A stretch of 64,000 bases of DNA from an uncultured Candidatus Saccharibacteria bacterium. Its GTDB lineage: Bacteria; Patescibacteriota; Minisyncoccia; Phycocordibacterales; WO2-35-19. Positions 9,579 to 20,094 of this stretch are shown one piece after another (the first letter of the stretch is position 1; each line of letters begins with the position of its first letter). Both the position numbers and the translations under genes were made by a program. The DNA lies in NCBI GenBank assembly GCA_964534305.1, contig CAZHPR010000002.1:27986-91985 (forward strand), given 5' to 3'. The notes below the pieces were generated by a model. It made no database searches and had not been told where the DNA came from. It was given only the letters and a program-made list of their open reading frames with translations.

Positions 9579-10091
9579 ATGAACAATAGTGTAAAATATT
9601 TTATATATATTGCCGGCTCGGTACTAGTTTTCTTGTTTATTATAAAGAGTATGTATGGTCCTAGCTCTGTAAGTACAAATCAGGCTGTCGCCTTTGAGTG
9701 GGAGAAAGAAACCCAAGTCTATTTTTTGGATAGCAAAAAGATAAATGATAGCAATGATTGTTCTGAAGTTACTCCTGTTTATCGCAAGGTTTTGAATGCA
9801 GAGACTTTGGGGCCAGGTACTCTCGAGGCTTTGCTCCAAGGACCAACTGAAGAAGAACGGGTTTCTGGATTAATCACTTCTATAAACAAAGGAGTCCTTA
9901 TACAAAAGTTTGAAATAAAAAACGGAGTCGCTTATGTAGACTTTGATACTACCTTCAATAGTGGGGTAGCGGGTTCTTGTACTGTCTTGGCTATCCGTTC
10001 TCAAATAGAGAGCACTCTTAATGCTTTGCCAGATATTGATTCTGTAATAATCTCCGTAAATGGACAGTCTGAAGGTATCCTCGAGCCGTAA
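9579..10091 (+). CDS. GerMN (sporulation/germination-like) domain protein
   Basis: A TM anchor is followed by ...LEALLQGPTEEE...GLITSI.KGV...GVAYVDFDTTF...QIESTLNALPDIDSVIISVNGQ, which matches the GerMN domain pattern. The start is taken at the ATG of MNNSV. Confidence 0.6.
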   Translation: MNNSVKYFIYIAGSVLVFLFIIKSMYGPSSVSTNQAVAFEWEKETQVYFLDSKKINDSNDCSEVTPVYRKVLNAETLGPGTLEALLQGPTEEERVSGLITSINKGVLIQKFEIKNGVAYVDFDTTFNSGVAGSCTVLAIRSQIESTLNALPDIDSVIISVNGQSEGILEP

Positions 10092-10101
10092 ATAAAATAT
10101 T

Positions 10102-10473
10102 ATGGAAAATATACAAATTATCTCTAATCAAGAGAAAGAGTACGATCATCGCCTTGAAATGCTTTGGAATGAATATGGGTTTCCTGGGCAACCGCCAGTT
10201 ATGGGTAGTAAAGCAGAGAAAAGATTATTAGATTATTGTACAAGCTACTCAAGGTTTTTAACAAGTAACCACATCTCCAAGGATATAAAATCATCTGATA
10301 CAGAAAGAAGGACTTTACATAATCAGATCGCGATAATGGTTGTTGGCAAGCAGAGATCGGGTATGGAGTCTAGTCTTGCAGAGCATATCGCTGATTTTGC
10401 TTTTGAGTATGCTAAAGGTTTTAAATTAAGTGAATTTGAAAAATATAGTAATCAAAATGGCGGTGTCAATTGA
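10102..10473 (+). CDS. hypothetical protein
   Basis: ORF only. Its C-terminus is encoded within a 22-bp palindrome. Confidence 0.35.
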   Translation: MENIQIISNQEKEYDHRLEMLWNEYGFPGQPPVMGSKAEKRLLDYCTSYSRFLTSNHISKDIKSSDTERRTLHNQIAIMVVGKQRSGMESSLAEHIADFAFEYAKGFKLSEFEKYSNQNGGVN

Positions 10474-10480
10474 CACCGCC
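10459..10480. terminator. perfect 22-bp palindrome ggcggtgtcaattgacaccgcc, a bidirectional terminator-like hairpin between convergent ORFs
   Basis: Seen directly. Both convergent ORFs end in GGVN, encoded by the palindrome arms. Confidence 0.55.
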
Positions 10481-10696
10481 AGGGGTTATCCTCACGTTGG
10501 AAACATAGAGGAATGTTTTGTTTTTGAACACCAGGGAGCTTGAGAAGGTACCATCCCCATTGGAAATGTCCAGTTTTTTTAGTATCGCCGAGCCCTCATC
10601 CATGAGGGTGATGAATTCCTCCTTGTCTACTAGATACGATTCCCTGTCGTTCCCTGATTCGCTCGTTTTTTCTTCTAGTATTTGTTCGGGTGTCAT
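10466..10696 (-). CDS. hypothetical small acidic protein
   Basis: ORF only, convergent with 10102..10473. Confidence 0.3.
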   Translation of the reverse strand: MTPEQILEEKTSESGNDRESYLVDKEEFITLMDEGSAILKKLDISNGDGTFSSSLVFKNKTFLYVSNVRITPGGVN

Positions 10697-10720
10697 TCTT
10701 TTACGATTGTATCACGTTAT

Positions 10721-11860
10721 TTATTTAGTGTCAACTTTGGGGACAAACAATAATCCAGAGAGGGTGATAAGGGAGAGGACGATAAAGAGGCCGGAGTAGT
10801 CGGTAAAGTACAGGGCGGGTATTGCGACAAATGGAGAAATTATAAAAGAGAGAGGTGAGGTCGCCCTAAAGAGGCTTATTATCCCAGAATGCCTATCAGA
10901 AACCTTTTTGAAGAAATAGCTCTCGCTACCCATCTCAACAAAACTAGCTCCTACTCGGGTTGAGAAAAGTACTATTGCCCATACCCAAAAACTACTTTCT
11001 CCCAAGACTCCTAAGATGAACGTAGAAATTGATATAAAAATTATTCCAAAAATAATACCTTCTTTTTCACCAGTTTTTTTGTCATATATTTTACCAAGTG
11101 GTATTTCAAGTATGAGAAACGGAAGGATCATCACAGCAAGCATTTTACCGACGGTGCCCCAATCAAACCCAGCGGTTTTTATAAGAAGTAGAGGAAGATA
11201 AATAACCATTATTGCGTAAAACAGTTGTAACAAAAAGTTTATGCTGAGTATTCTAAATGTGTCCCTGTCTTCTTTTAAGAAATTTACAATATCTCTCAAT
11301 CTGAAAACTTTGTTTTTGTGAATGTGGGTATCAAATTTGTAGATTACAATAAGCGCCATCGGTATGAGAGACAGTGCCGATAGTAGATACATTATCCGCA
11401 AAGAATTTTGTGCAACCAAGGAAACAACAATTAAAGAAATGAGGATAGTGATATTTAGGGCGGTGAGAAAGAGAGCTCTCGCAAAACCAGTGTTTTTCTC
11501 ATCTTTGAGCTGGCTCTCCAAAAACAGATCAAGACAATAAAGCAGGAGTATTCCGATTGCTTGGTAGGTTATGAAAGAGATGATTATTGGGGTTGCGGTT
11601 TTGAATATTGAAAGACTAAGAATGGTAAGAAATTCTAAAAATGTTATTGAAATCAAAACAAACTTTGCATTTAGTTTGTTTAGTATTCTCGGAATTATAA
11701 ACAATAAGAAAACACTGAGTGTTGCTCCTATGGTATATAAAATATTTAGTTTTCCGTCGCTGAGGTATTTGGAAAGGAAGTTTGAGTTTATGTAGATTAT
11801 AAGGTAGTAGTGAAAGCCCAAAAACAGGTTCGCTAGGTATACGAAATATCTTTTATTCAT
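10721..11860 (-). CDS. polytopic membrane transporter, MFS-like
   Basis: Roughly 12 predicted TM helices and a basic loop after TM2 (IIPRILNKLNAKF) resembling MFS motif A. Tentative. Confidence 0.45.
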   Translation of the reverse strand: MNKRYFVYLANLFLGFHYYLIIYINSNFLSKYLSDGKLNILYTIGATLSVFLLFIIPRILNKLNAKFVLISITFLEFLTILSLSIFKTATPIIISFITYQAIGILLLYCLDLFLESQLKDEKNTGFARALFLTALNITILISLIVVSLVAQNSLRIMYLLSALSLIPMALIVIYKFDTHIHKNKVFRLRDIVNFLKEDRDTFRILSINFLLQLFYAIMVIYLPLLLIKTAGFDWGTVGKMLAVMILPFLILEIPLGKIYDKKTGEKEGIIFGIIFISISTFILGVLGESSFWVWAIVLFSTRVGASFVEMGSESYFFKKVSDRHSGIISLFRATSPLSFIISPFVAIPALYFTDYSGLFIVLSLITLSGLLFVPKVDTK

Positions 11861-11885
11861 CTATCAGATTATATCAGAATATTTT

Positions 11886-13868
11886 TTAAACTCCGAGTAC
11901 AACCGGTATAACGATAGGCCTCTTTGCTGTTTTTTGGAACAAGAATTTTGCTACAGCGTCAGTCACGTTTGATTTTACAAAGTCAAAGTTTATTGGATTC
12001 ATCCCTTTGGTAGTGTCTTCTATTGTTTTCTTTATGATGAGTCTGGTGTGCTGTAGCAATTCTTGGGATTCTCGTAGATAGACAAATCCTCTAGAAATAA
12101 GATCGGGGGATTTGCGGAGTTTGCCTGTCTTTAGATTAATCATCGCAACAATAACGAACATCCCATCATCAGAGAGCATTTTCCTATCTCGCATAACAAC
12201 TTCTTGAACATCAGCAATAGCAAACCCATCAACCATAACAGGAGATGAAGGAGCGGTGTCTTTGAGGGCTTTTATTTTCTCTCCTTTTTCTTGTATTTCT
12301 ACAATCATACCGTTGTCCGGTACTATTATGTTTTCTGCTGGCATGCCCAAAGATCTAGCAAGCTCTTCGTGGACCCGAAGCATATAGTGGTTGCCATGGA
12401 TCGGCATAAAGAATTTTGGCTTTATCTTTTTGTGTAGCCACTCAAGCTCACCCTTATTACCATGACCAGTAGAGTGGATATAAACATCGCTGGTTCGGTA
12501 ATGTATTATTTTTGCTCCCTGTCTTGCAAGGTTGTCTTTGAGTTTTTGTACAGCTCTTTCGTTGCCCGGTATTATAGAAGAAGATAGCAAAATAGTGTCT
12601 CGGTTGCTTATCTTTATGTATTTATGACTCTTGTTAGACATTCTCATAAGAGCCGCAAATTCATCTCCCTGGGCACCGGTAGCAAGGATTATAACTCTAT
12701 CCGGAGGTAGGTTATCCATTTCTTCTACAGTGACTATGGTGTTTTTGTTTACTTTGAGTCTGTCTAATGACCTTACGATTTCGATGTTTTGCTTCATACT
12801 TCTTCCTTCTACAACCACTTTTTTGCCATTTCTTTCAGCTGCTTCTATGATTGCGATGATTCTCTCTATTTGTGAAGCAAATGTTCCAATAATAAGTCTT
12901 CTTTTTGTGTTTTTTATTATTTCCTCCAGATTTTTGTGTACCAGTTTTTCTGGGGTCGAGAATCCTGGGTTTTCTACGTTTGTAGAATCCATCATAAGTA
13001 GTAGCACTTTTTCTTTTCCAAACCTTGCGTACTCTTCTTGTTCTCTATCGCTAGGTATGCCGTCAGTGTGTTCAAGCTTGATGTCTCCTGGGTTTACGAT
13101 TGATCCGTATGGTGTGTCTATAATGATTCCCATTGAGTCTGGTATTGTGTGTGTGACCGCAAAAAATCTTACTCTAACTTTGCCGAGCATTATTGTGTCT
13201 TCTTTTTCTACAACTCTGATGTCCAAGGTTGGTAGGTGGGGGAATTCTTCCTGCCTTTTCTTTATCATTACTGTTGTAAGAGCGCGGGAGTATAGGGGAG
13301 GGTTGCCGATTCTGTCCATTATATACGGTATGCCTCCTATGTGGTCTAGGTGTCCGTGAGTTATGAGTACCCCTCTTATTTTGTCCTTTCTTTCCTCGAG
13401 GTATTTTGTGTTTGGAAGTATATAGTCAACTCCTGGAGTATCTTCATCTCTAAATTGGAAACCAGCATCAACAACTATAATATCATCACCGATCTCGATT
13501 GCGGTCATGTTTTTGCCAATCTCTTCAACGCCTCCTAGGGGGATGATTCTTATATTGTCTCCTACGCTAGGAATGTTTAAGGTTTCGTTTGTTGGGGCTC
13601 TCTCTACTCTCGGGGCTTCAGGTCTCTTTGGGGCTCTTCTGCTAGAAATTCTAAGAGAAGGGCGGGCTCTCTTTGCTGAGTGACTATTTGCCCCGGAGAC
13701 AAAAGGAGCACGGTGAACTCGTCTTTCTGTGGAGACAGAATTTTTGGAATTCTCCGTTTGGTAGCTTGTTGAGTTTTTGGTCTCTACACTTCTAAAGCTT
13801 CTTATCCTGCTTCTGTTGTGAGGTGTAGATCTTCCACCAGAAGAATGAGACCTTTGATTTGGGTTCAT
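11886..13868 (-). CDS. rnj: ribonuclease J (metallo-beta-lactamase / beta-CASP) with an Arg/Ser-rich N-terminal extension
   Basis: VLITHGHLDHIGGIPYI (HxHxDH), the beta-CASP region and a C-terminal domain are present. The first ~110 aa are low-complexity and basic. Confidence 0.85.
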   Translation of the reverse strand: MNPNQRSHSSGGRSTPHNRSRIRSFRSVETKNSTSYQTENSKNSVSTERRVHRAPFVSGANSHSAKRARPSLRISSRRAPKRPEAPRVERAPTNETLNIPSVGDNIRIIPLGGVEEIGKNMTAIEIGDDIIVVDAGFQFRDEDTPGVDYILPNTKYLEERKDKIRGVLITHGHLDHIGGIPYIMDRIGNPPLYSRALTTVMIKKRQEEFPHLPTLDIRVVEKEDTIMLGKVRVRFFAVTHTIPDSMGIIIDTPYGSIVNPGDIKLEHTDGIPSDREQEEYARFGKEKVLLLMMDSTNVENPGFSTPEKLVHKNLEEIIKNTKRRLIIGTFASQIERIIAIIEAAERNGKKVVVEGRSMKQNIEIVRSLDRLKVNKNTIVTVEEMDNLPPDRVIILATGAQGDEFAALMRMSNKSHKYIKISNRDTILLSSSIIPGNERAVQKLKDNLARQGAKIIHYRTSDVYIHSTGHGNKGELEWLHKKIKPKFFMPIHGNHYMLRVHEELARSLGMPAENIIVPDNGMIVEIQEKGEKIKALKDTAPSSPVMVDGFAIADVQEVVMRDRKMLSDDGMFVIVAMINLKTGKLRKSPDLISRGFVYLRESQELLQHTRLIIKKTIEDTTKGMNPINFDFVKSNVTDAVAKFLFQKTAKRPIVIPVVLGV

Positions 13869-13900
13869 AATTTAATTATTTGTAATATATTTTCTAATTT

Positions 13901-15670
13901 TTACCTTTGAGCGAATATGTTCCAAACTTTATCAGTTTCTATAAACAATTTTTCTATATTCTGGAATCTTTCGTTTGGAGAAGAAACTGGTTTAAGGGAA
14001 ATATTTTTTATTTTTGATGTTGGTACATAAACGAAGTCTGGAGAAAAGAGGAATATCGCCGGCACATCTTTCTTTATTTCTTCAATGACCTCTCTCCTTT
14101 TTTCTTTTATCAGTTGCTGGTCGCTGGTTGATCTGATCTCTTCGAGCAGTTTGTCTGTCTTTATGTTTGCGTATAGTGCTACATTAAGTCCAGGATCGTT
14201 TCTTTGTGAAGAATGCCAGAATGGATAGAGATCTCCCTCAGATCCGATAACCTCACCAAAAAGTAGGGCGTCATACTTTCTTGGTCTGATGACATTCTGA
14301 TTTAAGTCTGATATTTCAAAAACCTTTATATCTACTACTGCTCCGATTTTCTCCCATTCTTCCTTTAGGATCTCAGCAGACCTTTTTAGCTCGGGTACTT
14401 CTGAAGTTGATAGAGAGAAACGTAGAGAAATTGTATCAGATCCTTTTTTCTTTTCAAGCACACCTTCTTCATTTAAAGACCAGCCGTTATTTTCTAGCAA
14501 ACTCTTTGCTTCGGCAATCGATTCTTCTTGGGTTTTGGTACTTTCATATATGTCTAAAGGTGTTGGTCCATCTATTTTTTTACCGAAGCCCATAAGTATT
14601 TCTTGCACAATCCTCTCTCTGGGAGCTGATATGCTGAGCGCCTGACGAACTTCTTTGTTTAGAAATAGGGCAGATTGGTTTTGGTTTAAGAATAGTCCAA
14701 AAACTCTAGGCAGAGAAGATACTACTGTCTTTTTGCCATTGTCCTCAAGTCTCTTGGCTATATTTTGGGATATATTGCTTATACTGTCTATTTCCCCGTT
14801 CTCAAAAGCTTTTATAAGATCATTCTCGTTGTTAAAAAATTTGAACGTTATATTTTTTATAAGAGGTCGTCCTTGGGTGTATTTGTTGTAGCTTTCTAAC
14901 TTTATATTTACAGGGATACCACCGGAATTTCTTTTCAAATCCTTTATTTTGTATGGTCCAGAACCTACTGGTGTTATATTGAATTCACTAAAGGCAAATT
15001 CTTCGGAAGTTACATTTTGCCAGATATGTTTTGGCAAAATCCCTAGTGTTGCGACTTCACTAAACATGGAATAAGGTTTCCTTAGAATAAATCTTATGTT
15101 TTTTTCATCTATCTTTTCTATTGATACTCCTTCCCAACTAGCTCTCTTCGGACTTTTTATTACAGGATCCAAGACTTTTTCAATTGTAAATATTATATCG
15201 TCAGAAGTTACCGGCTTTCCGTCGTGGAAAAAGGCATCATTTCTTATACGAAAATCATAAACAATACCGTCGCTTGATATAGAAAATGATTCGGCCAGAT
15301 CTCCCTCAAACTCACCCGATTCACTCTGCTTTAGAAGTCCTGAATATATAATTTCTACCAAATCTTTGTCCGTGTCCCCGAGTGAGAGTACTGGGTTTAT
15401 AAACCGGGGACTTCCTACCATCCCTTCAGAAAAGGAGCCTCCAAACTTTGGCATTTCTGTTGTAAACACACCTTGTGTTTGCCAGAGCATCAATATACTT
15501 GTCACAGAAAATATGATTGCAAGGACAAAGAAAGCAACCCTTGTTGATGGCCCCATCGATCCTACCGATCTTTCAATCCAAGAAATTATCTTTATTTTTC
15601 TTGTCCTTATAAAAAGAACATCAAAAAAAGATATTATTTTTTCGTAAGTTTTCATTTTAATTACACACAC
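13901..15670 (-). CDS. ABC-type substrate-binding protein, family 5 (peptide/nickel-binding-like)
   Basis: An N-terminal TM/signal is followed by a large periplasmic domain with VRQALSISAPRERIVQEIL and other SBP_bac_5-like blocks. Confidence 0.55.
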   Translation of the reverse strand: MCVIKMKTYEKIISFFDVLFIRTRKIKIISWIERSVGSMGPSTRVAFFVLAIIFSVTSILMLWQTQGVFTTEMPKFGGSFSEGMVGSPRFINPVLSLGDTDKDLVEIIYSGLLKQSESGEFEGDLAESFSISSDGIVYDFRIRNDAFFHDGKPVTSDDIIFTIEKVLDPVIKSPKRASWEGVSIEKIDEKNIRFILRKPYSMFSEVATLGILPKHIWQNVTSEEFAFSEFNITPVGSGPYKIKDLKRNSGGIPVNIKLESYNKYTQGRPLIKNITFKFFNNENDLIKAFENGEIDSISNISQNIAKRLEDNGKKTVVSSLPRVFGLFLNQNQSALFLNKEVRQALSISAPRERIVQEILMGFGKKIDGPTPLDIYESTKTQEESIAEAKSLLENNGWSLNEEGVLEKKKGSDTISLRFSLSTSEVPELKRSAEILKEEWEKIGAVVDIKVFEISDLNQNVIRPRKYDALLFGEVIGSEGDLYPFWHSSQRNDPGLNVALYANIKTDKLLEEIRSTSDQQLIKEKRREVIEEIKKDVPAIFLFSPDFVYVPTSKIKNISLKPVSSPNERFQNIEKLFIETDKVWNIFAQR

Positions 15671-15697
15671 AAAGAAAACTCTTTATATATGTATTTA

Positions 15698-15913
15698 TTA
15701 ATATAGTAAGTTAACCAAAGCAAATACAACAAAAAGTACTGCTATAAATATTGTAAGTCTAAAAACAATAAGTTCTGCACCTCTCCTTGTTCTGGTATTG
15801 CCGGCAAAGTCACCACCGCCAAAAGCGCTTCCGAGAGAGCCTTCGGACTGTTGTAGTAATATGAGTGCTCCTAGAAAAACACTAAGGATTATCTGAATAT
15901 AAGACAATATCAT
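15698..15913 (-). CDS. secG: preprotein translocase subunit SecG
   Basis: MILSYIQIILSVFLGALILLQQSEGSLGSAFGGG... is the SecG signature (LLQ..G.GLG.AFGG). The start is taken at the internal ATG 15913, directly behind a TTGCAA-17-TATAAT promoter. Confidence 0.75.
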   Translation of the reverse strand: MILSYIQIILSVFLGALILLQQSEGSLGSAFGGGDFAGNTRTRRGAELIVFRLTIFIAVLFVVFALVNLLY

Positions 15914-15922
15914 TGTTTTTGG

Positions 15923-15951
15923 TATTATAGCATAGCATTTGTTTCTTGCAA
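15923..15951 (-). promoter_or_regulatory. sigma70-like promoter TTGCAA-17-TATAAT for secG (near-leaderless)
   Basis: Hexamers read on the minus strand. The -10 element ends ~10 nt before the secG ATG. Confidence 0.5.
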
Positions 15952-16022
15952 CAGTTGGTATATAATATTGCCGCGACCATGCAAAATGGTGCAAAACTAA
16001 TTACAATTAAATAAAAAAGAGT

Positions 16023-16361
16023 ATGAAGAAGAATCAAAAGACAAAAAAGACTGCAAATCCTCGGACGGAGCTTCTTCCTCTGGGGGATAGGGTAATCATA
16101 AGACCTCTTTCTGTAGAGGAAGTTAGCAAGACTTACTCCGGCATAATAATCCCTGATACGGTAAGCAAGGAGAGATCTGAGCAGGGAGAAGTTATCGCTG
16201 TGGGTGAAGGTAGATTGCAGGATGGCAAGAGGGTACCGGTTTCTGTAAAAAAAGGAGATAGGGTGGTCTTTTCAAAATATGGTTATGATGAAGTAAAAAT
16301 AGACGAAAAAGAGTACTACATTCTTAGAGAAGAAAACATTTTGGCAGTGATAAAAAACTAA
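16023..16361 (+). CDS. groES: co-chaperonin GroES
   Basis: LPLGDRVIIRP...GIIIPDT...GEVIAVGEG is the classic GroES pattern. There is a ~17-aa basic N-terminal extension. Confidence 0.9.
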   Translation: MKKNQKTKKTANPRTELLPLGDRVIIRPLSVEEVSKTYSGIIIPDTVSKERSEQGEVIAVGEGRLQDGKRVPVSVKKGDRVVFSKYGYDEVKIDEKEYYILREENILAVIKN

Positions 16362-16387
16362 ACTAATTTCTAATTATTCTAATTTAA

Positions 16388-18034
<1,647 letters not shown>

Positions 18035-18276
18035 GGAACTACCTCACCCTTCTTCTCGCTTAAGCAGCTACCTCATCCCCAGCCCTTCCTTACAGGAACT
18101 GTCCACTCATTGGATTTTTATTAAAAAATCTCAATGAGCCTTACGAAGCTCCAAGTATTCGCTTCTCACCCCTTGCAAAGGGGAAGGGAGAAGAGAAAAA
18201 CAATGTATTTTTTGGTACCCCCTCTCCTCTTGCAAGGAGAGGGGGATAGGGGGTGAGGTAGATTTCATAGCTTCAT

Positions 18277-18307
18277 GAAAAAACGGCTTATTTAAGCCGT
18301 TTTTTGA
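18277..18307 (+). terminator. intrinsic terminator after groEL (aaaaaacggcttatttaagccgttttttg)
   Basis: GC stem with a T-tract; the A/T tracts are symmetric, so it is bidirectional-capable. Confidence 0.7.
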
Positions 18308-18336
18308 TACTTACTCCAAACAAAATGAAATTTCCC

Positions 18337-18364
18337 TTGACAAAAAATACAGTTATGCTATACT
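18337..18364 (+). promoter_or_regulatory. strong sigma70-like promoter TTGACA-16-TATACT
   Basis: Consensus -35 element and a near-consensus -10 element immediately upstream of a high-GC block. Confidence 0.6.
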
Positions 18365-18371
18365 TATATAC

Positions 18372-18735
18372 AGATGGTTCGACGGAACCTTCCGTACGAC
18401 TCTCTAAGCTTCGTGTTTAGAGAGAAGTACAACACAGTGCGCGCGCAATAGCGCGGCGTTCTGGGGAATCCGACACCCGGTTGATGTTTTAGGGCTCGGA
18501 CACGTCCCGTGCAAAGGACGCCGCATAGTCCCCGCTTTCGCTAGCCGGTTTTTTATCGGTTGGCCGGCAGCGTCGCGAGCGGGTTGGTGGGGCCGCCTGA
18601 GGCTGTGCCCCTTGAGGCCGGTGTGCGGATGTGGAGATCGTCGCAGGCTCCCTTCCGCCACCGGCTCGAAAGTTCTTTTAAGATAATATGATCGCCACTC
18701 ACAATCATTCATTTGGGGTTGAGTGGCGGTTTTTC
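18372..18735 (+). ncRNA. unidentified structured RNA (~365 nt, high GC) with its own promoter and terminator
   Basis: GC content is far above the genome average. It is flanked by a promoter (18337-18364) and a hairpin plus T-tract terminator (gccactca...tgagtggcggttttt, ~18696-18735). The only ORF across it is an R/P-rich artefact on the minus strand. Identity not established. Confidence 0.45.
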
Positions 18736-18794
18736 TTTTTATAATCTATTCTTTTTAATTTTTATTTTTGCATTTTTAATTTATAATTATCCCC

Positions 18795-19313
18795 ATGGAT
18801 ATTTTTGCACACGCTGCTTGGACCAATATTGTTTTTTACAAAAAATACAAGAATGAAAGATTGAACAGGTTCTTAGCAATAATTTTTGGAGTCTTGCCTG
18901 ATCTTGCTTCTTTTGCCCCCGTTTTTATTTACGGGATTTTTAGTCGCAAGGAATTTTTTGATCTTATAGGTTCAAATATCTGGGTGGTCAACTTTGCCAG
19001 CGAGTCTTACAAATACACTCACAGTATAGTGGTTTTTGTTTTTGTAGTTTTGGTAATTGCGGTAGTCAGAAAATTTTTGAACAAAAATCTAATCTACTGG
19101 CCAATGTTTGGTTGGGCTCTCCATATTCTAATTGATATACCCACACATAAAAATTTCTATGAGACTCCGTTTCTTTTCCCTCTTTCTGGTTATAAGTTTG
19201 GGCACGGTATCTCTTGGGGGCACCCCACCTTTATGATAATCAACTATTCGGTGCTTGCTCTCTTCTATATTGCCTGGGTTTTGTATAGAAATAAAAGGTT
19301 AAGTAGACCTTGA
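18795..19313 (+). CDS. membrane protein, possibly a YdjM/DUF457-like metal-dependent hydrolase
   Basis: 4-5 predicted TM helices with conserved His residues (HAAW, HILIDIPTH). Weak assignment. Confidence 0.35.
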   Translation: MDIFAHAAWTNIVFYKKYKNERLNRFLAIIFGVLPDLASFAPVFIYGIFSRKEFFDLIGSNIWVVNFASESYKYTHSIVVFVFVVLVIAVVRKFLNKNLIYWPMFGWALHILIDIPTHKNFYETPFLFPLSGYKFGHGISWGHPTFMIINYSVLALFYIAWVLYRNKRLSRP

Positions 19314-19514
19314 CATTTTTTTTGGTTTTTGTATTATATACGCAGTCTCGCCCTTGAGCCCAATCGACGGGCCGTCCCGGGGCGATAGGAGAGGACCTTA
19401 CCCTCCGAAGGGGTCCTCTCCCCGCGCGCGCGGTCTGTGCATCTCACCTCCCTCCAAGGTGACACAGTCGCGCGCTTTTAATTTGCCTATTTTTTGTGAT
19501 ACAATACAGCCATT

Positions 19515-20069
19515 ATGGAAACATCACTAATCATTTTAATATTACTAGCAGTACTAATTTTTTGGTTCATAATCTCTTACAACAGGTTTGTAAGGCTTGT
19601 AACTAGAGCAAAGGAAGCTCTTTCTGATATAGAAGTGCAGATGAAGAGAAGGTATGACCTCATACCCAATTTGGTAGAGACGGTAAAGGGTTATGCTTCT
19701 CATGAACAGGCTACCTTTGAAAAGGTGATCAATGCCCGCAATATAGCAATGTCTTCAAGGGGGGCAAAGGCAGAAGGGGAGGCGAACAATATGATTACTG
19801 AGAGCCTCAAGTCTATCTTTGCTCTATCAGAAAATTATCCAGATCTAAAGGCAAATCAAAACTTCCTAGAGCTACAAAGAGAACTTTCTGATACCGAAAA
19901 CAAAATACAGGCTTCAAGAAGGTTTTATAACACAAACGTAAGAGATCTAAATATCGGCATAGATTCCTTCCCAGGCAATATTGTTGCAAAGATGTTTAGT
20001 TTCTCAAAGATGGAGTTTTTTGAGACTGATAATGAAGCTGAAAAAGAACCAGTCAAAGTACAATTCTAA
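19515..20069 (+). CDS. LemA family protein
   Basis: N-terminal TM helix, then YNRFVRL...QMKRRYDLIPNLVETVKGYASHEQ...ARN...NYPDLKAN, which is LemA-family typical. Confidence 0.8.
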   Translation: METSLIILILLAVLIFWFIISYNRFVRLVTRAKEALSDIEVQMKRRYDLIPNLVETVKGYASHEQATFEKVINARNIAMSSRGAKAEGEANNMITESLKSIFALSENYPDLKANQNFLELQRELSDTENKIQASRRFYNTNVRDLNIGIDSFPGNIVAKMFSFSKMEFFETDNEAEKEPVKVQF

Positions 20070-20094
20070 ATTTAAAAAATAATCCAAATGCAAC

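Noticed and set aside
12631-13359. 242-aa plus-strand ORF antisense to RNase J
   Set aside because: It lies entirely inside a confidently identified conserved gene on the opposite strand and has a low-complexity Ser/Ile-rich composition. Antisense artefact.
18404-18712. 102-aa minus-strand ORF (MNDCEWRSYY...) spanning the high-GC block
   Set aside because: Its Arg/Pro/Gly-rich composition is typical of a spurious frame through GC-rich structured RNA. There is no RBS. The region has a plus-strand promoter and terminator instead.
18372-18735. tmRNA (ssrA) assignment for the high-GC RNA
   Set aside because: A GGUUCGACGG-like 5' element and a short A-K-D-A-A-stop frame exist. However, I could not find a 5' acceptor stem, a T-arm or a CCA-proximal 3' acceptor, and the tag lacks the usual hydrophobic ALAA-type ending. 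It stays an unidentified RNA.
19340-19490. 4.5S SRP RNA assignment for the second GC block
   Set aside because: No GGAA tetraloop/AGCAGC domain IV signature could be found on either strand.
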